From a virus, in IMG/VR virus record IMGVR_UViG_3300032320_000408, positions 1,348 to 65,347 of that record: 64,000 nucleotides of DNA; one strand, 5' to 3'. The notes below the pieces were generated by a model. The model had not been told where the DNA came from and made no database searches. It was given only the letters and a program-made list of their open reading frames with translations. Numbering within the stretch: position 1 is the first letter of the stretch; the number at the start of each line of letters is the position of its first letter. Both the position numbers and the translations under genes were made by a program. This document shows positions 58,920 through 64,000 of the stretch, one piece after another.

Positions 58920-59182
58920 GCCATTGGGCCTCGAGACATAACGCCTTTGGTAGCCGCACCAGCGCCGCGCATCTTAATGCCGCTAGTCTTGGTTGGCTGC
59001 TCGCCCGCAGAGCGACTGATGTTGCCAACAGACATGTTGACTGTATCTGCCTTGCTACGGTTTGGGCCCGAACCAGGATTGCTTTCAGCTTTAACAGCCT
59101 TGCCCTTCATGGTGTGCGGCTCGGCATAGACTTTGGCATCGCCAACTTCTTTGCCCATTACTTTTTTGCTAAATGTGGCCAT
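58916..59182 (-). CDS. Small basic protein
   Basis: ATG at 59182 after AGGAGG; MRGAGAATKG..SRGPMA. Confidence 0.7.
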   Translation of the reverse strand: MATFSKKVMGKEVGDAKVYAEPHTMKGKAVKAESNPGSGPNRSKADTVNMSVGNISRSAGEQPTKTSGIKMRGAGAATKGVMSRGPMA

Positions 59183-59192
59183 GACGACCTCC

Positions 59193-59387
59193 TTATTTAT
59201 ATGTGAAGGAAGACTTCTTTTGATTGGCAACTTTAGCCAAGCCACGACCCAGTTGTTTCATCTGAGCATTAGTCTTGCCGCCCTTAGCGAGCTTAGTTGG
59301 CGTCTTGCCAGGGTGCATGTTTTTCTCATGCTTACCCACAGCAGCCTTAATCATTTTCTTGTCTTGTTTCAGATCCATCTTGTCCAT
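59193..59387 (-). CDS. Small basic protein
   Basis: Lys-rich 64 aa, LAKGG. Confidence 0.7.
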   Translation of the reverse strand: MDKMDLKQDKKMIKAAVGKHEKNMHPGKTPTKLAKGGKTNAQMKQLGRGLAKVANQKKSSFTYK

Positions 59388-59398
59388 TTTAAACTCCT

Positions 59399-59806
59399 TT
59401 AACTGACCGTTACTGTACCAACAAATGTCGTTGCCACCAAATAGTTTGGCGTGAGAACCGCGTCAAACTGACTAGCTCCACCAACTGGATTCCAGCCCCA
59501 CTGAATATCACGCGAACCACCAGTTGGGTTGCCCCCGTCAGAGCTGTTGGTTAACTGCAAGCCGTTCAGTCCGGCAGAGACGTATGTCGTATCTGGACGC
59601 GGCTGATAAACAGCTTGCGGGTCCACCACTGGATACATGCCCAACTGCAACTGCGGCTGATCTGGGTCCCAGCACACATGACACACCTTTAATTGGTATG
59701 TCTTGGTCTTGATAACCTCAGTCTTCAGCTGCTTTAGCTTATATCTCTGGCCGCACCTATCACACTCGGCAATCGAGTATTTACCAGACGCATATGGCGT
59801 TGCCAT
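59399..59806 (-). CDS. Zinc-finger hypothetical protein
   Basis: CDRCG...VCHVCWDPDQPQ. Confidence 0.7.
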   Translation of the reverse strand: MATPYASGKYSIAECDRCGQRYKLKQLKTEVIKTKTYQLKVCHVCWDPDQPQLQLGMYPVVDPQAVYQPRPDTTYVSAGLNGLQLTNSSDGGNPTGGSRDIQWGWNPVGGASQFDAVLTPNYLVATTFVGTVTVS

Positions 59807-60738
59807 TAGACACCGCCTCCACCTATGAATGCGACGCGAGGCACCAAGCGCAATGTGGCCTTCTCATGATCTTCTGCGGCTGCTAATGCGTACTGTTCGT
59901 CGTACACGCGCTTGAGCATATCAATTCGGCCGGCCAACTCTGGTACCTTCATGGCAATGTAGTACGCCAATCCTGCTGCCACGGCGGGCAGAAAGCGGAA
60001 ATTCATGTCTGCTGTCTCTAAGCCTTTGCCGGTATCTTGAATACGGCGCATGCGGTAGTAGACAAACTGGTATGTTTGCGAGCCATCTGGCGTCGGCCAC
60101 ACAGTAATCGCAGGGAGCTGAGGAACGAACACAGAGGCGCCAACAGCATGCGAGGCTGCCGTGGTATTAGCCTGACCCCTAAAGACGCCTCCAAGGGTGT
60201 TTCCTTCGATATACGTGTAGTAAATGATCTCGTCATCTAGCTTGATAAATCCAGAGCCGGCCAAACCAACTACGCTACTCAACACAATTGATGTGGCCGT
60301 AGAGTTAATCGCGGTCGATAAGAACTCAGAAGTTGGGTTTGTTTCGCCAGATAAGCGCTGAATCCACACTTGGATTGGGCGAGCCTGGGTTAACTTGTTA
60401 GGTATGGTTGCATAGGTAGAAACACTAATGCGCGTAATACTCAAGTCAGACTGGGTGGACGAGTTATTTGGCTGCGTGCGAATTACGTGGTCCAGCAAAT
60501 CAATGGTGTCATTGGGAAGCGCGTAGGTATTAAGACCTTGCGTCAGCGTAATGGTGCCCGTCTCAATGGTCCACATGTTTAGGCCACGGTTGGCCCACTC
60601 AATGGTCATAAGGTTCAAAGAACGGCGCGCTGTACGTAAGTCGTAGCCAGAGCGCATCTCACGACCGGCACGCTCCCACGCTTCTTCAGCGAGCTCAGTG
60701 AACTCCATGTTGAATAGGGTTGTGCCGGTAGTGGTCAT
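59806..60738 (-). CDS. Putative head-tail adaptor/tail tubular protein
   Basis: ARRSLNL..IEWANRG, VWPTPD, GLAYYIAMK. Confidence 0.7.
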   Translation of the reverse strand: MTTTGTTLFNMEFTELAEEAWERAGREMRSGYDLRTARRSLNLMTIEWANRGLNMWTIETGTITLTQGLNTYALPNDTIDLLDHVIRTQPNNSSTQSDLSITRISVSTYATIPNKLTQARPIQVWIQRLSGETNPTSEFLSTAINSTATSIVLSSVVGLAGSGFIKLDDEIIYYTYIEGNTLGGVFRGQANTTAASHAVGASVFVPQLPAITVWPTPDGSQTYQFVYYRMRRIQDTGKGLETADMNFRFLPAVAAGLAYYIAMKVPELAGRIDMLKRVYDEQYALAAAEDHEKATLRLVPRVAFIGGGGV

Positions 60739-60741
60739 GTG

Positions 60742-60990
60742 TTACTTCTTTGCGGTTTTAGCAGACTCAATGAAATCAGCTTTAGTAGGTGCGCCCTTAG
60801 AGCCAACCTTACGCATCTTTTCGCCAGAGCCAGCGGCTATGCGTTTTCTCTTGGCGTTAATGTTGGCATACAAACCAACCGGCCCACCATCGGCGTACTC
60901 GGTAAAGTCTGTGTCATCACGGCGCTCTTTTTTCTTAGCGCCGGGCATCTTAGAGGGGGCGATGTCCCCCATCCCGCGAGAGGCCATCAT
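60742..60990 (-). CDS. Small basic protein
   Basis: YADGG, GLYANINAKRKRI; ATG at 60990. Confidence 0.7.
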   Translation of the reverse strand: MMASRGMGDIAPSKMPGAKKKERRDDTDFTEYADGGPVGLYANINAKRKRIAAGSGEKMRKVGSKGAPTKADFIESAKTAKK

Positions 60991-61322
60991 TTTCTTGTCA
61001 TCCCGCCGCCGCACATGATCATCGTGCCGCGAGTTTTGCCACGCTGAGCGATGCCGTCTGCGCGCTTAGAAGCCGTCATGCCACCTTTTTTATAGGTGTC
61101 ACCCATGGCGTTCATGCGTGATGCGCCATCTTCTTCTTTGGCTTCTGATTCGGCCTTCATGCGCTTGATCATTGGCCCAATATCTGGCATAGACTTACCA
61201 ACAGAAGTTGTTTGATCGTCTCTCAAACGCTTTCCGTCCACACGGATATCACTGCCCAATTTCTCGGGCTTGTAGCCTTTGCCAGGATTTTTATCTTCGG
61301 GATCCGAAATCATTTTTGCCAT
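60987..61322 (-). CDS. Small basic protein
   Basis: YKKGG, RADGIAQRGKTRG. Confidence 0.7.
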   Translation of the reverse strand: MAKMISDPEDKNPGKGYKPEKLGSDIRVDGKRLRDDQTTSVGKSMPDIGPMIKRMKAESEAKEEDGASRMNAMGDTYKKGGMTASKRADGIAQRGKTRGTMIMCGGGMTRK

Positions 61323-61337
61323 GATGGCCTCCTTAAA

Positions 61338-61721
61338 TTAGCACTTGCCGCCGCTTTTCATGCGCGTGGGCTTACCGTTAGCGCCTGGGCCGCCAGCCAT
61401 CTTGACTTGCGTACCTTTGGTCTTGCCTTTTGTAGCAACGCCATCTTTGCTTGGAGCAGCAGTTTTAACTTTACCCATTGAGGACGCAGCCATGCCGCCA
61501 CCAGCCATTTTGCTAGTGCCTTTTTTCTTGGCCATCATTGCCATAAAGCCAGGGTTCATTTTAGAAGCCATAGTATCACCACCTTTTGAAAATTTGCGGC
61601 CCTTGTCCGCGTTAGAAAACTCTTTACCCACTGATTGTGGAACGCCTACTTTCTTTGCAAACGATGGATTGTTGGCCACCGCTGCCATGAAATTGTGTTG
61701 CTTTTTGCTACTGCTTGGCAT
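61338..61721 (-). CDS. Small basic Lys/Met/Gly-rich protein
   Basis: KKQHNFMAAVANNP, four GG motifs. Confidence 0.7.
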   Translation of the reverse strand: MPSSSKKQHNFMAAVANNPSFAKKVGVPQSVGKEFSNADKGRKFSKGGDTMASKMNPGFMAMMAKKKGTSKMAGGGMAASSMGKVKTAAPSKDGVATKGKTKGTQVKMAGGPGANGKPTRMKSGGKC

Positions 61722-62332
61722 TAGACCTTACCTCCCCTACGGAAGTCAAAGTCGCCAAAATCATAAACTGGCGCCTCATAGCCTCCAAAACTTGGGACTT
61801 CAAAATTACCATAATCATAAACTGGTGCTTCAAAGTTTCCAAAATTACCCAGCTCTGGCATTTGGGTGCTGAACTGATTCATATCCATTGGCGCAAACGC
61901 CAAGTCAAAGCCTGAAGGATTGGGTGAATATGCAGCCGGATTAAAGCCCCCACCAACATCAATGTTGTCGTATGTTGGGATTTGTGGGTTTACGCCGTTT
62001 TGAATGGTACGAATTAAATCTACAGTTTTATAGTCTTTAACCGGAACAAACTGTTGCAACATTGGAGAGTTTGCCACTGTACCGTTAATAACCGACTGCT
62101 TCAAGTCATCTTCAAATGCCTTTGGAATATTCAATGCAGCAATGCCAGCAGCCGCTTCCGGGCTTGACTTTGCTATGGCATCTGTAGCAGCGTTTTTTAA
62201 CTGACCCATCACAAATGCTTGTGGATTAGAAATTGCAGAAACCGCGTCACGCCATCCTGAAGGCAAGCCAAGTCCAGCACGGTCCATAACGCCCGTTCGA
62301 TCTAGCAATCCTAAAATCCCTAGTGGCCCCAT
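61721..62332 (-). CDS. Hypothetical protein with acidic aromatic repeats
   Basis: EAPVYD(Y/F)G repeats; ends FRRGGKV. Confidence 0.6.
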   Translation of the reverse strand: MGPLGILGLLDRTGVMDRAGLGLPSGWRDAVSAISNPQAFVMGQLKNAATDAIAKSSPEAAAGIAALNIPKAFEDDLKQSVINGTVANSPMLQQFVPVKDYKTVDLIRTIQNGVNPQIPTYDNIDVGGGFNPAAYSPNPSGFDLAFAPMDMNQFSTQMPELGNFGNFEAPVYDYGNFEVPSFGGYEAPVYDFGDFDFRRGGKV

Positions 62333-62369
62333 ATCAAATTAGCGAACTACGCTGCTCCTTGAATTTTTC

Positions 62370-62615
62370 TTACTCGTACTGGGCATTGGAGCCTTTCAGA
62401 TTATCAATCTTGCGCTCCAATCGATCAAAACGATCGAGTAGCTGTTGCATGTCGGCACGAAACTCAGAGCGAGTAATGTGATCACGGGCAACTTCTTCGC
62501 GGGTGCGGTTAAGCAAAATGCTAAGCCGATCCAGCTCGTCAAACTTGCCTTTAAGCAAGAAGCCCATAACCGCCACAATGGCACTCAGGGCTGCGTTCCA
62601 AAGCATCATTTCCAT
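62370..62615 (-). CDS. Small TM plus coiled-coil protein
   Basis: ATG at 62615; LLNRTREE. Confidence 0.65.
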   Translation of the reverse strand: MEMMLWNAALSAIVAVMGFLLKGKFDELDRLSILLNRTREEVARDHITRSEFRADMQQLLDRFDRLERKIDNLKGSNAQYE

Positions 62616-62616
62616 G

Positions 62617-63033
62617 TTAAATCTCCGCCTTAGAAGTTTCTTTGTACTTATCCCAAGCTGGGTGATCGTTTGATGCGTACAAGTATTGTGCAGCAAATTC
62701 TAGCAACATAGGGTCATCTCTAAAATGACCCAAGCCACGATTGCAGTGGTTGCAAAGCATTCCCCGCACTTGTCCTGTTGCATGATCATGATCAACAACT
62801 AATGCGCTTTCTACGCCGCAAATAACGCATTGATTCACAGAGGCTTTAATATCTTTAAGAGCCTCATCAGATATGACAGAGCGATGCCTGCCTCTGCAAT
62901 TTTCGCTTCTGTATGTGGCGCGACATTCCCTGCACCAACTATCCAACCCATTGCGTTTTTTGTTATGCAATGGGAAGGCCTCAGAAGTTGCTGGCTTCTC
63001 TGTTTTGCAGCGGGTACAAGTTAACATGCCCAT
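62617..63033 (-). CDS. Endonuclease VII-like protein
   Basis: CVICG, LVVDHDHATGQVRGMLCNHCNRGLG. Confidence 0.85.
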   Translation of the reverse strand: MGMLTCTRCKTEKPATSEAFPLHNKKRNGLDSWCRECRATYRSENCRGRHRSVISDEALKDIKASVNQCVICGVESALVVDHDHATGQVRGMLCNHCNRGLGHFRDDPMLLEFAAQYLYASNDHPAWDKYKETSKAEI

Positions 63034-63266
63034 GCTCTTAACGCTTTATTTATACGTGAGTTTGGGTCTTTGGCGACTTCTGGGCTTGTGTTCTTCTTCT
63101 TGTGCCCCGTCATTCTGGCGCAGAAAGAGTCTCGACGGCTTCCACCTTCGGGCTGGGGCGGTTTCAAGTTCATGCCTTGCGCTTTCGCAGAGGCCCGTCC
63201 CTTGGCGTTCAAGCCGCCCTTCTCGGATTTGCCCTCTTTGCGCTGCCATGCTGGACTCTTAGCCAT
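63021..63266 (-). CDS. Small basic hypothetical protein
   Basis: GGLNAKGRAS, RRDSFCARM, SRINKALRAW. Confidence 0.7.
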   Translation of the reverse strand: MAKSPAWQRKEGKSEKGGLNAKGRASAKAQGMNLKPPQPEGGSRRDSFCARMTGHKKKNTSPEVAKDPNSRINKALRAWAC

Positions 63267-64000
63267 TTGTGCCCTGTATGTAGTTTTGAATGAGGATCAA
63301 CTCAAAAAAACCAGCCGCTTCATTGTCAGCAGCGCCACCAATTGCCTCGCCTTGAATGCGAGTCTTCTCAGCAATTGCAATTGGGTAAGGGAAGTTGATG
63401 GTCGAGATGTTGTTGTTGGTCACAATGAATGGGCCAGTTGTGGCAATGCCACTCGCGCCAACAAAGCGTGTTCTTGCAGTGACTAAGGTTGTGCCAGCGT
63501 CCTGCGCCAAACCAATTCGAGCCACAGCCAAATAGCCTGTGTAACCAGCAGGAATGGTGTATTGGCTTGAGGTTGTGTTGTTGAAACTAGCCGCAATCAC
63601 GTTGTAGATGGTCGCTGGTACGCCAGAAGTCACAGTACCTGAACCAATGTAAATAATGCCTGCGTTTGCCAAACCTGTCCCTGCGGTTGTCACCAACATG
63701 GAGTTAATGCGCAAGAATGAATTTGTGGTTGTCACAGCCGTCTGACCATTCATGGTCACGCTCTCACTAATAACTGCATAGTTGGCATCCAAGCCTGTAA
63801 TCAACACAGTTCGTGCGCCAGTGCCAGCCGAAGTATCGCTTGCGCTGGAAGAACTCACAGTCATTTGCAAGGCGGCGGCGGCATAAGACAAGTCACCAAC
63901 TGGGGTAATCATCTCCCATGATGTGTCAACATCAGAGTTATAGCCAGCAATAGTGACTACAGAGTGCCCCTGAATTTGCCCACGCGACACCTGAAGCTCA
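63259..64000 (-). CDS. Beta-rich structural protein (start probably beyond window edge)
   Basis: D..AGTGARTV.I.GLDANY, QYTIPAGYTGY. Confidence 0.6.
   Translation of the reverse strand, partial: ELQVSRGQIQGHSVVTIAGYNSDVDTSWEMITPVGDLSYAAAALQMTVSSSSASDTSAGTGARTVLITGLDANYAVISESVTMNGQTAVTTTNSFLRINSMLVTTAGTGLANAGIIYIGSGTVTSGVPATIYNVIAASFNNTTSSQYTIPAGYTGYLAVARIGLAQDAGTTLVTARTRFVGASGIATTGPFIVTNNNISTINFPYPIAIAEKTRIQGEAIGGAADNEAAGFFELILIQNYIQGTNG

Overview
The window is a tailed dsDNA phage genome with podovirus-like organisation, probably near-complete and circularly permuted. The left end cuts the major capsid gene and the right end lies in genes that normally follow it. Modules in order: head and packaging (major capsid N-terminus, cement-like protein, scaffold, GroES-like protein, portal, TerL, LexA-type DNA-binding-domain gene, TerS; 1-8.6 kb, minus); small early genes (8.9-13.3 kb, plus); primase, helicase and ParB-like genes; a plus-strand GNAT + metallophosphoesterase + acidic-protein cassette; a Nin-like set of small genes; a C4-like structured RNA; RuvC-like, PD-(D/E)xK and ERF recombination genes; a 3546-aa polyvalent protein (three ART-like folds, GNAT, L,D-transpeptidase-like, zincin, LPD38-like); ejection proteins; lysis genes; several tail fibres; and small basic proteins. 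No integrase, DNA polymerase, reverse transcriptase, tRNA or CRISPR array was seen. Main leads: (1) an 18-bp SOS-box-shaped palindrome ACTGTAACWWGTTACAGT in at least six copies, two directly upstream of a protease-less LexA-like gene and two inside coding sequence in different frames; (2) a recurrent hydrophobic-x-x-Gly-Gly motif across unrelated putative virion proteins; (3) the multi-enzyme giant protein; (4) the C4-like RNA. All product calls come from motif recognition by eye; no database search was run.
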